Below are positions 38,203-49,411 of a DNA stretch of 64,000 bases, in pieces. The notes beneath the pieces were generated by a model. The model did no database searches, was not told the DNA's origin, and saw nothing but the letters and a program-made list of their open reading frames with translations. The position numbers and the translations under genes were made by a program. This DNA is from Chromera velia. Lineage: Eukaryota. Each line of letters begins with the position of its first letter. Within the stretch, counting starts at the first letter, position 1. Location of the stretch: assembly GCA_018398765.1 (NCBI GenBank), contig JAHBMJ010000310.1, positions 1 through 64,000 on the forward strand. The letters are read 5' to 3'.

Positions 38203-40308
38203 TGTGTGTGCGTTTGCAGGGAAGAGGACCAAAGATGGATCCTTGACGCCCTTGACGCCGCAGCGGACTGCACTGATCTCCTGAGGGAACTAGGGGAGGA
38301 AATAGAGGCAGAGAGACGGAATCCCTCGACAGAGAGCACGGCACACGAAAAGTGGACTCTCCGTGAGTCCGATCTGGCCTCTGCATTGGGAGAGGAGAAG
38401 GGCGAGAAAGAGGGAGGAGAAGGCGTCTTCACGGAGCGCGATGCTACTGCGCGCGTTCTGTGTGGAGAAGAGCGTGAGGAGGAGGCTCAAGGCGAGAAGG
38501 AGCTGATGACAAGAGAGGCCAAAACCTCCATGCAAACTCCCTCCACAAATGCAGAGGGGACCCTGTCCCCTCCCCCTGCCCCTACTGCTTCCCCCGCCAG
38601 TATTTCCACAAGGGCTGTCACGATGATCTCTGCCTGGGGTTCTGCTGTCGCTGATTTCAGCGCACGCTCATTCTCAGCCGCCCCAGGCTTGGCGAAAGAC
38701 TTGTTCTTTTCCACAGACAACTCAAGATCGGCGTCTACGGTTACCCCACAGAACCCCCCACCTGCATCCGCATCCACGCCACCAGCACCGCCAGCCCCCG
38801 CAGTCCCCCTTGAAATTTCCAACTCAAATTCGTCTGCACATTCGGGGAATCAAAAGAGAAGCAGCAGGAAATTCAACCCGGTACCCACCCCTGTAGCACC
38901 TCGTCAACCGCCTCCCGACGACTCCCTGGATGGAGACATCGGGGGACTCCCGCCATCGGGAGAGTTGTCCCTTGAAGTCGGCATGCAGCCCTCCGTCAAC
39001 CCACAGCCTCCACCGATGGTTGCAGCAGCCGCAGACCATCGTGCAGAGGCGCGTACCTTGCCTCACTCTACCGGCAGGACGGTAGCATCTTCTCCCAGGC
39101 TGCCTCCAAGAGGGTGTGACAGTCTCTCTCCCTCCCATTCTTCGACGATCTCTGTCTCCGTCGCGTCTTCTTCTACGATGATTGAATTTTCCCCTGCACC
39201 CCCGTCATCGGGAAGCTTCAAGACCGTCCGGTCGCTCCTGACGCTGCGAGAGAAGACGGCAGAGGGTGCAGAGGAAGAGCAGGACGAATTAGACGCGGGC
39301 CCCCGACAGACTGTGCTGACCTCCAGAGGGATGCGTCCCTCCACCCCCTCCGCGAGCAGAGGGAAAGGGGGACCTCCACAGAGTGCCTGCGTTGGGATGC
39401 CCCGACGAGTACGCGGGGACTCTCTCTCTCCCTTGGAGGCCGAAGAAGAAATGAGTGTCCCCACAGAAGAGCCCAACCGCATGATCCCCCCTACCTTTCT
39501 CGTCCCTAGCCAATTTGCACAGCAGCAGCAGCACGGGGATGGAGAGGAGAGACAGAGCCCCGTGAGAGCCGCCCAGCAGGTCTTCAGCCACGAAGATCTG
39601 CGGACGCGCATTTTGGACTTTGCCCTGAGCGTTCCCGCGCGCCCGGTCAGGTTGCGGGTTTATAACCTCAGCCGCGAATGGGGGTGGGTGAATCGCCTGA
39701 AGGGGCTCCGACAGCATTTGTTGGAGGGAGGGGGTGCCTATCACGTGTCGGTTGAAGTCGATGGGGTAGAATGGCACTACGGGGCGGAAAAGGACGGAGA
39801 GTTCGCTTCCTGCGGGATCACCGCGTGGGACCCCGATGAACTCGACTTCTACGGTGCCGTCGATCACGTGGTGGAGCTGGGGGAGACCCGTGTGCCTCGG
39901 TGGCGAATTGTCAAGATCCTCGACAGGATGTACGACAACGACGGCTTCCACACCCACGGCTATCTTCTCTACAGCCGCAACTGCGTGCACTTCGTTGACA
40001 CATTCCTCTCCCGTCTTGCTGAGGCAGACACTGGGGTGCAGAGAATGCCCACCCGTTACCTGAGGGCACACGAACTCGCGCGGGCAGTTCACAACTGGTT
40101 GTCGGGGGGGAAGCTCGACCGCCTCCCCGAAGTCACTCCAAAGGACCCCCTGGCCGTGCAGGCCGCCCTTCCGCGACACACCCTAGACAGGTGTAAGTTG
40201 TATGACCCCCGCCCAAAGGGGGCCGTTCTCAGATTGAGAGGGGAAGAGTTCTTCTTCCCCGATCAACTGGTCCCGTGTCTGTCAGCCTCGGCCTTGTTCC
40301 ACAAGTGA
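36699..40308 (+). CDS. PPPDE/DeSI-family (peptidase C97) deubiquitinase/desumoylase domain at the C-terminus of a ~1092-aa protein, 2 exons
   Basis: Exons 36699-37888 and 38220-40308 join in phase, 1093 codons including stop. C-terminal PVRLRVYNLS...GAYHVSVEVDGVEWHYG...VELGET...YLLYSRNCVHF carries the His/Cys dyad motifs of PPPDE. Confidence 0.88.
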
Positions 40309-40524
40309 CGGTCGGCAGCGGCAGCTTCTTTGAGGCGCTTTCAGGAGTCGTGCGATAAGGCCGCCGATTCTCCGTGGCTCTCTCGCCTTTCTGTTCTGAC
40401 TGCATGCGGCTTCTGTGCAGCTCTTCTTTGCTCTGTCTGCCTGCGAACGCCCACCCCGAGAGACGTGTGCGTCTGTCCCGTTGGAAGTTGTCTTTTGAGA
40501 GTCGACGGTGCCCACACGAGTTCG

Positions 40525-40795
40525 CACGAATCTCAATCTGCTCTTCTTGGTTGCTTGTCTCTTCTCCCCTTCGAGTCACGCACCGGCACCCGCGTCACGA
40601 ATCTGATCTGCTCTTCTTGGTTGCTTGTCTCTTCTCCCCTTCGAGTCACGCACCGGCACCCGCGTCATGAATCTGATCTGCTCTTCTTGGTTGCTTGTCC
40701 CTTCTCCCCTTCGAGTCACGCACCGGCACCCGCGTCACGAATCTGATCTGCTCTTCTTGGTTGCTTGTCTCTTCTCCCCTTCGAGTCACGCACCG
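40525..40795. repeat. Tandem repeat, 70-bp unit, ~3.9 copies
   Basis: Unit cacgaatctgatctgctcttcttggttgcttgtctcttctccccttcgagtcacgcaccggcacccgcgt recurs at 40525, 40596, 40666 and 40736. Confidence 0.92.
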
Positions 40796-40807
40796 CTTTG
40801 CGGAAGT

Positions 40808-41203
40808 AACTTGTCGAAGGTGTGAGCAGAGCGGCAGCGTCACTGAGCGGGGAAAGAGGGTTGTGAGGGTGTTCAGGCGGCAACTTGTTGGAGGTGTGAG
40901 CAGAGCGGCAGCGTCACTGAGCGGTGACTGAGGGTTGTGAGGGTGTTCAGGCGGCAACTTGTTGGAGGTGTGAGCAGAGCGGCAGCGTCACTGAGTGGGG
41001 AAAGAGGGTTGTGAGGGTGTTCAGGCGGCAATTTGTCGAAGAAGTGAGCAGAGCGGCAGCGTCACTGAGCGGTGAAAGAGGGTTGTGAGGGTGTTCAGGC
41101 GGCAATTTGTCGAAGGTGTGAGCAGAGCGGCAGCGTCACTGAGCGGTGACAAGAGGTTTGTGAGGGTGTTCGGCAACTCTGGCGGCAACTTGTCGACGGT
41201 GTG
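40808..41203. repeat. Tandem repeat, 74-bp unit, ~5 copies
   Basis: Unit aacttgtcgaaggtgtgagcagagcggcagcgtcactgagcggggaaagagggttgtgagggtgttcaggcggc recurs at 40808, 40882, 40956, 41030 and 41104. Confidence 0.92.
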
Positions 41204-41324
41204 TCAAATTCCACTGAAATCTGCTTGTAGCCTGAGATTCCCCGCAAAACTCCGCTAAATTCCAAGCTTGCATTCCACTAAATTCTCTTAGATACCCCGG
41301 AAATTTGAACTGGATTTGTAAGGA

Positions 41325-41388
<64 letters not shown>

Positions 41389-42697
41389 ACCCATCATATG
41401 AATCTGATATGATTTATATTGATTGATTGATTGATTGATTGATTAATATGTTCCGCCCTAGGGCCTTCCCGCTATGTCTATCTGTCGCCAGAGCTAGCAC
41501 TGTAGTTTATACATAGAAACAGAGTAGAAAAGAGCTAGGAAAAGAGAGAGCTATCTAGAAATATATATAAAAAATTATTATATAGAAATAATTATCGCTC
41601 TAAGTTGCCTCTAACTGGGTTGAAGCACCCTCTAACCTAACTAACTAACTAATATTAAAGTAGATGATGAATGTTTACTAAGATATTTGATGAAATGTTT
41701 ATCTTTGATTAATTGATTGATTAATTGGTTCCACGCTATAAAGGCTAGGCTAAAGGCCTTCTTGCTATGTTTTAATAGCTTGCTATAATATAATTTGATG
41801 TTTCAATTTTCTCATATTTTTGTTTAACTGTCCAGTTTTTTTGAGTCTAGTTTTGCGTAAAAAGGCTTGAAAAAACTAAGTAAAAGGTCCTAACAAAATT
41901 GAACAATTTGGATTTTTAAATGTTTTTTCTAGATTTTAATTTTTTTTATTTCTATGAGACAGCCTCCTAAGAGCCGTGTTTGCTTAAACTTAACTAGTTA
42001 GCAACTTATAGCAAGCTATATATAGTAATAGCAACTTGGAGACCGAGAGCTGTATGTGTGTGAAGCACATGCTTAAAAAGTGTATTGAGTATAGTCTCAA
42101 TTAGTCTCAATAGATGATAGAGCACATGCATACAAGGATACACGGTGACTTGGATGAAAAGCTAGATGAAAAGTCCACATGCAGACGCAACCACAGTCGC
42201 CAGACAAAATCTGTATTCACTGCAAGGGCGGCGATCACTGCTATCAAGCCGTGAGGTCGCTCCCCAAACACTGAATAGACTCATGCCATGACGATGTGTT
42301 CGAAGGTTGCAGCAGTTGATCGACGCCATCAACACGAACATCTCATGCGGTCTCATGAAAACGGGCTATGCGTTTTGCGTGCCGACATGCATAAAACAAA
42401 GAAACACCCTCGCCGCTTCCATCTGAGAAAAGCAGCGGGCACGGATGGACACGCGTTCCGGTCTAGGTTCCGGTCGATCGCGGACACACTCGGATAGACG
42501 AACAGAAGGCAGGCTGCAATGGCTTCCGCAAAGAGGGAAGGGGCATGACCTGGTGGGAAAAGTTAGAGAAAGTGCAACAGGAACGAAATATCTGGCCTCA
42601 AAGAGAATTCTGGACATGCACATGGGGCCCCGCAGTGGCAGTTTCAGAAAGTTGCGCGTCTCTATGCGCATCCATACGCCACTCCTCGCGTCGCTGT

Positions 42698-43735
42698 TTA
42701 CTCATCCTTGTCAGAGTCCTTGTCAGCAGAGTCCTTCTCGGTACCGAAGCTGAACTTGCCGAGGTTCTCGAAGCCCTTTCCGAATTCCTCGATCTTCAGA
42801 CCCTCACCGAGCTTGCCGAAGCCGAAGTCACCTCCGAAGAGGCCACCCTTTCCGCCTCTCTTCTCGCGCTTCTTCTCCTTCAAGTCGAGCTTGGCACAGA
42901 AAAGGCGGGCTCCTCCCTCACCGCAGTGGAACACAACGGAGGCCCAGGCGGGCTGGGTGGGAACCTCGAGATCAGCCAGGTACTGCTGGTTGACGTCCTT
43001 CAGGGTCAGGCCGGTGGGGTAGGTGTTGGTGTGATAGGCAGAGAAGACTCCCACCTGGTTGGAGAACACCTGCAATGGAAGCACGGCGAGGGGGGGGAAG
43101 ATGAGAAAGCGTCGGGCAGAATGAGGGGAGGAGGTAAAGATGGATGCAGACCTTGTCAACTGCCATCCGTCTGCCTGCAATAGTTTGGCCGTCTCTCTGC
43201 CTGCATGGTCTCTCATCATGCATGCATCTGATTGACTGACCTTTCCGTTCACAGCAGAGAGATCGCCTGCCTCGGCGCTGTCCTCATCTCCCTGCATGGG
43301 CATGTACTTGTCAGAGACATCCATCACAGAGTCCCCGTCGACGTAGTTGACGCACTCGGTGTTGACGGAATCGTCCTCCAGTTTCAGCTGAGAGGAGGCG
43401 GGGCCGCACGCGTACAGAGGATCCCAGTGGCCGGCGGTGTTATCAGAACCGCAGTCGAGGGATGAGGCGTCGTCGATGTTCTCCCAGATGGAGTGGATGT
43501 GGTAAGAAAGACCACCGGTGGTGAAGAGCTTGGAGCAGGTGGAGAAAGCGGACTGATCCACCTCGATCTGGAAGGCGTAAGAGAGGGAGTCATCATCCAA
43601 CCACATGTTGAAGTGACCAGTCACCTCGGGCTCGTCGAACTGTGCAACATATTTTGTGCCCTTACCACCCTTGGTGTACTTCCTGTTGGAAGCGGCAGCG
43701 GTGCCGAAGAGAGCGAGAACCAGAGCGGTCTTCAT
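42698..43735 (-). CDS. Secreted Cu/Zn-SOD-fold protein of the copper-only SOD type, 2 exons (~288 aa spliced)
   Basis: Signal peptide MKTALVLALFGTAAA. Motifs LSYHIH, CGSDNTAGHWDPLYACGPASS, EAGDLS and SVVFHCGEGGARLFCAKL. In-frame 171-nt intron 43240-43070 (gtcagt...ttgcag). Strongly C/G-ending codons. Confidence 0.82.
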   Translation of the reverse strand: MKTALVLALFGTAAASNRKYTKGGKGTKYVAQFDEPEVTGHFNMWLDDDSLSYAFQIEVDQSAFSTCSKLFTTGGLSYHIHSIWENIDDASSLDCGSDNTAGHWDPLYACGPASSQLKLEDDSVNTECVNYVDGDSVMDVSDKYMPMQGDEDSAEAGDLSAVNGKVSQSDACMMRDHAGRETAKLLQADGWQLTRSASIFTSSPHSARRFLIFPPLAVLPLQVFSNQVGVFSAYHTNTYPTGLTLKDVNQQYLADLEVPTQPAWASVVFHCGEGGARLFCAKLDLKEKKREKRGGKGGLFGGDFGFGKLGEGLKIEEFGKGFENLGKFSFGTEKDSADKDSDKDE

Positions 43736-44375
43736 GTTGCTGAGTGTTGTTCAAGTGATGCAGTTGGCAAGAACAATACAGCAAGTGTTGCTTCTTCTGG
43801 ATCAAGGTAGACCGGATAGGGCTCACTCAGATACTATCTGTTTGGAATTAAGCTGAGAACTGAGAGCTTGCCTGGCCGGATGTGTACGATTGCCTCACTC
43901 GATTTTTGAACTCGATCAATTTGGAATTGCATGATCGACATGCATTTCGATCGAAATCGATCGATCGCGTACATGCATGTTGCAAGGAATTAATTTAGGA
44001 ATTTTTCCGATTCTGGTGGTGATGCGGCGGCGCCACGCGCACGCGGGGCCTGCGGCCGGCCGGCCGTGTGCATGCGACGCCGCAGAGAGACGGGGCGCGC
44101 CACGTATGCATGTTTCAGGCTTCTGCGAAACTCGAAGTTGAGAGTCACTTGAGACCCTCATCTCAACCCATCCAGAGTCTATAGCTACATGTGCACTATA
44201 TACACGCCGTGTGACATTCCTCAACCCGACACGTGTACAGAGATGTGAAGTAGTTCGGAGAGACAACTGTACAAGGCAGTTTATTGATCAGAGAGTGGAG
44301 ACGGCATCGGCTGTCGATCGAAGGAAAATTAAGATACAGACACGATCGAGCTCGCTTGAGGAGGACTCCCCGAAA

Positions 44376-45302
44376 ATGCGTAAGGACGGAGGAGAGCCCT
44401 CCCAGAATTCACAAAAGAGGGTGACTGGTAAGAGAGAGCTCCCGGACTCTCCTGAGGGGGGGGACGCAAAACGTCAGAGAGCTCTCTTGACGGACGCTCT
44501 AGAGGTTTGTGATGAAGGAGCGGAGGGTTGTACCGACAGGCTGGAAGAGGATGCAGAGAAAGGATTCGACGGCAAGGGGGGGGAAGAGACGTTGCATCCT
44601 GAAGAGACGAGTGGAGAGGGAGGGGAGAAAATGGATGTCTGCAAGGAGGGGGATGAAATGAAGGAGGAAGAGACAGGGGGCGAATGTGAAATTGGCTATT
44701 TCAGTCAGCAAGAAGTTGCCGGTGAGGTTGAGACAGGCAAGAGGCCCCACGGCACCTGCCCCCATGGCAAACGTTCGAGGTGCAAGGAGTGCGGGGGGCG
44801 AAGTATCTGCGAACACGGAAAGCGTCCCAATCGCTGTAAATTTTGCGGAGGCACAGAGATCTGCGAGCACGGGCGCCCTCGACACTACTGCAAGGAGTGT
44901 GGGGGGAAGGGCATGTGCGAGCACGGCCGTGAGAAGCGACGGTGCAAGGACTGTGGGGGGAACGGATATTGCGACCATGGTCGGTTGCGGTACCAGTGCA
45001 AGGAGTGCGGTGGAAAGGGCAAATCCGTGCAAAGGACTCCCAGTATTCCCAGGCAACAACAGAAGGGCAAGGAGAACAAACCCGCCCAGATTGGGGAGGA
45101 CGAAAAGAGGGGTAGCGCTGAGTCAGGTGACCTCGTTGAGCACCCCTCAATAAGTCTATCCCCCCCAAGAGAGGCTGAGGCACAAAGCCCCGAGGAGGTT
45201 CAGCGCCATGGAGCCGACAGATTGCTCCATCCGTCTCCTCATGAAGCGTCCAGCTCCTCTGTGATCCACCCAGAATGTGATCTCGATGAGGAGCGAATTT
45301 GA
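44376..45302 (+). CDS. Zinc-finger repeat protein with five C-x-H-G...C-K-x-C-G-G repeats
   Basis: CPHGKRSRCKECGG, CEHGKRPNRCKFCGG, CEHGRPRHYCKECGG, CEHGREKRRCKDCGG and CDHGRLRYQCKECGG. Acidic and basic low-complexity flanks. First ATG at 44376. Confidence 0.85.
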   Translation: MRKDGGEPSQNSQKRVTGKRELPDSPEGGDAKRQRALLTDALEVCDEGAEGCTDRLEEDAEKGFDGKGGEETLHPEETSGEGGEKMDVCKEGDEMKEEETGGECEIGYFSQQEVAGEVETGKRPHGTCPHGKRSRCKECGGRSICEHGKRPNRCKFCGGTEICEHGRPRHYCKECGGKGMCEHGREKRRCKDCGGNGYCDHGRLRYQCKECGGKGKSVQRTPSIPRQQQKGKENKPAQIGEDEKRGSAESGDLVEHPSISLSPPREAEAQSPEEVQRHGADRLLHPSPHEASSSSVIHPECDLDEERI

Positions 45303-45675
45303 ATGGGTGAAAACAGGAGGGATCGAGGTGACAGTTTATGATAGTCAAACCATTTGACTAGTAGGCTAGTAGTAGCCATTTGATTGACCGCCAGAGCCCA
45401 AGTGGTGGCTCTGACACTGGCTCACCGGCTTCAACCGCCTCAATCCATGATTTATTATTCTAAGAGGAGGCCAGGGCCGTCAAGCATTGCAGGCAAAACT
45501 GATAGTCTTCGATTGCACAAATAACATTGCTAGTAACATTGTATATGAAGTTGCACAATTGGTGGGGAATTTCACAAAATATATACTCAATAAAAACGTG
45601 CTTTCATTTTCCCCCAGATTTGCTCGTAGATTCAATCTTTTAAAAACAAAATCAATAACTTGAATCATTAAATAA

Positions 45676-46467
45676 TAGGGCTGGGAAAAGGTTTATTTAG
45701 AAAAGCTAGGTTCAAATATGAAAAAGTGAACCTGTTGGACCTGTTTTGCAATTGCATGAACCTGTTTTGAACCTATCTTTGAGACCATACCATGACCATG
45801 CCTAGGATCATGCACGCACGCGTAGCCACTAAGACAAGCCTGGCCAGGCCGGGGTGCGCTGCCCACGGCTTAGGAGAAATAGAGAGCCAGAGCTAGATGT
45901 TTAGCAAGTTAATTTATACAAAATAACGGTCTGGGTCAAACGGAATTGGGGTCACACGGACTAGCACACGGACCGTAAAAGCACCGACTTAGGGGCCCCA
46001 CTAGGCTATGGGCCGGGGGCGCGGCGGGGCTAAAGAGTAGATGAGCTTAGACAACTTAGGGGCCAGAGGCGGCGCCGCCAGCCAGGGGGGGCCGACAGGA
46101 CCGGCGGCCCCCCGGGGCGGGGCGGGCCCGGCCCGGGTAGGCCGGGCACGAAGGCGAGTTAGGCCGGACCATAGGCCAGACCGGTTCACAAATTGGATCT
46201 TAGATTGAATCCAGCGTTGAACCTACGTTTTTTTTTTTAATTTCATATTATCATATGCAATCTTTAGATCACCTTTCACAATCTTTAGATTACCAAAAAG
46301 TCCTAAAACTATCAGGAAAACGCTCAAAAAACATGTAAAAATTCAAAATACAGTATCAAAAACGGTAAGTTTGCACTAATTAAAAGTGAACCTGTTTTTG
46401 AACCTGTTTTTGAACCTGATTCAGATTCATTACTTCGAAGTGAACCTTGAACCTTTTCCTAGCACTA
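45676..46467. mobile_element. Non-autonomous hAT-like DNA transposon (792 bp) with GC-rich core
   Basis: TIRs TAGGGCTGGGAAAAGGTT and AACCTTTTCCTAGCACTA (16/18). Flanks ttaaataa (45668-45675) and ttagataa (46468-46475) match 7/8 as a TSD. Subterminal TGAACCTG repeats at both ends. Confidence 0.85.
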
Positions 46468-47033
46468 TTAGATAATGATAAGAATGTCTTAGAATGAATT
46501 ATTTTCTATTCTAATTTATAGCACGATTTAAAAAATCGTTTAAGTTTTGGAGAAATTCAATTGAAATTATTGAATAAATGAAATGAATGAATAAAATTTC
46601 AAAAACTAGTTCAAAAAGCATGTGGAGGTCGTCGTTTCACCAAAACCTTTGATAACCACCTTATACCTGAATGCTAGACGCCCATTCATTAGGCCAATGG
46701 CGATGACATATGATTAGAAACATATTTTTCATCATTTTCTACGTTAGAAGCGCTAACTAGGACCTTCCTCAGACTTCCAGTTTAATATTTTTCAAGTTTA
46801 TATGAATATACCTTCCAAAACTTTTTTAATTGGACCAGCCTTTACTAGCCTTAGAACGGTGGTTTCACATGTTTTTTCCAAAGAACACAACAATTATGTT
46901 CACTGTTCAGAGAAGTTAAAGCCCTAGTTAAAGCCTGGGTCAAAGCTAGTTTGAACAGGGTTGAACAAGAAACAGCAGCTTTAACAGCTGCATGATGACA
47001 AAGCTTTGCACTGGCAGCTAGCTTTTCAGTCAA

Positions 47034-49283
47034 TCAGAAGTCTTCTCCTTTTCCAGATTTCGTCCTCTCTCTCCCATCCCCGCCTCCCTCTCTCCACCAT
47101 CTGACGAATGAGGCTGCCGCAAGGAGGGGAAAGACCACCGTCGCCTCTGCACAGACCTTGACTTGCCGTGCTCCCGTTCGGATCTTCCCCCAGCTGATCG
47201 CTTCCTCCGGGTTTCCTCCAGAGTCGCTTCCATCGAACTCTTGAGCTGCATTCAGAATTTGTGGACGTATGTCTGTACACATCTATATGTGGTAATTGAT
47301 TCTCTTGCTCTTTCGCATATCTAGGCAGGCAGAGAATGAAGTCTTCGTTGTAGGAGGTTGATTCGTACAAGAATGGGAGAGGATCTATGAAGTATATTGG
47401 GAGACTTTTTTGGGCTTGCTCGCTACTTCTTTTATGAAAATGCTTCATTGGGTCCGGAGGGAATTCCTTCGAATTTTCGGGACCATCCTTGCGTCTGTCT
47501 CTCTAATCCCCATTTTCCCTGCAGGGTGTCTATCCTTGCCGCCCTCCTTTATGACCGACCGGTGTTGATGTACACAGCGAGGTCCGCTCCATTCCTCATC
47601 AGGTGGGCGTTGCAGGCGTGGTGTTTGGGGATTCCTGCGTGTTTGGGTATGTATCCACACACAGATTGATAGGTAGGTAGGTAGATAGATATGCATAGAT
47701 GCAGAAAGGACACTCAGGTGGAGAAGAAGAGAACGACCAAGGAAGGACGGGCTTGAAGGCTGCCTGAAGCGGTTTGTTTCGGTTGCGCTCCTTTCTTTCT
47801 TGTCCTCTCTTGATCCCTCGTCTCTGCCCTCACGCTGGTTTCCTTCACTTCCCTTTTCTTCCTTTCTCTCCTTTGCGAGACAAGACGCTGGATGTTCATG
47901 CGGTAGGGGGGAAGAGCTTTCGGGAAGTGGCCGAGGGGAAAGAATCGGGGAGGGAATTGTGCTGAAACAGTGGAAGGATCGGGAGGGTAAAAGAGAACAA
48001 GCTCAAAACCTCAAACGGAAACAAAAGACACGGCGCGAAATGGAATACGAAAGTGGACAGATATGGGAAGGAGGGACCTGGCTTAACGTTTACCCTCTCG
48101 TCGGTCAGTTTTCTCTTCTCATGATGTGTCTTTCCTCCTCTGGCCACCATTTTTTTCAGAGAGCGACAAAGGGAGAGATGGAGGAAGGAAGAGCGATTGC
48201 ATGGAGAAGCGAAGAAAGGGCCCACCCGGTAGGAATCAATCTTCCAATGAATGAGCCTTCTTGCCAGACTGTTCATGCACTTCTCTCTCCATGTCCAAAA
48301 ACAAAAATGCCCTCTCTCCCTCAACCCGCCTGCTCTACATAGGCTTCCTGACCTCCTCCCAAGATCAGCATTGCGCTCTTCCCCTGTGTGTGTCTCATGG
48401 CCATCTCATTAACTCTGCGGATATCCTGCACAAGGTCCACCCGAATAGCCTGCACATGACAAACGTATGCGTGCACGAATGCACTTCCATTCGTCCATTC
48501 ATTCAATCATACGTGATTCACACAAAAATGCAGAGAGCATGTTGAATTCGTGGATCCATCAGGACATCCTGCAGGCAGAGTTCAACAACCGAGCGAACTG
48601 CAGCCATACGAGGGGGAAAGAAACGGAGCACAATCAATGAATCAGAAATCAACAATCTGCAAGAATCTACAAAGCAGGAGAAGCCAGACAGCTCGAATGC
48701 TTTCCACGACATCGCATTGAAGAAGCATACCAGCCTCCCGTACTTCCTTGCTCGGACAGTGATATAAGAACAACAACAACATCTCCAGAAGCCCTAGGGC
48801 AGTCGCACAAGGCCCGCACAAATAATCCAAATCCAAAGAGCTTCTTTTTGAGACCAATCATCTAACCATCTTCTTCTCCACCCTTCTGTTACCTAACTCG
48901 ATTGCGCAAGACTCCAGGCTCTCTCCAGGGGAACCTCACCTACTGTTGACAAAAGAGGGGGGAGGCTTACTGGATCTTTTTTGTACGAGTGAAAGAAAAG
49001 ATTGTCGCCAATCGAGCCGTCAGTGATTGCAGGACAGAACACCTGCATGCATGCATGCATGCAGGCAAAGATCATATGCGCACAGCGGCACACGACCCAT
49101 CCATTGAGAGGAAGCGAGAGGAAGGCCGGAAGAAAGGAAGGGAGGCAAGAAGGGCGGAAAGGGGGGCAAAAGAAGAAAATCAGGAGGGGACTCTCGATCG
49201 ATCACCAATGGAAGTGAAGGGGGCTCCTCTATTGCTGGGCCTCCGAGAGAAGTTCTTCTCTCTCCCGCCCCCCCTCCACCCAC

Positions 49284-49351
<68 letters not shown>

Positions 49352-49372
49352 GTCTGTCTGTCTGTCTGTCTG

Positions 49373-49411
<39 letters not shown>

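Noticed and set aside
39289..40179. 296-aa antisense ORF, and similar antisense ORFs over the SOD and CFAP97-domain genes
   Set aside because: Expected shadow ORFs of GC-rich coding sequence on the opposite strand.
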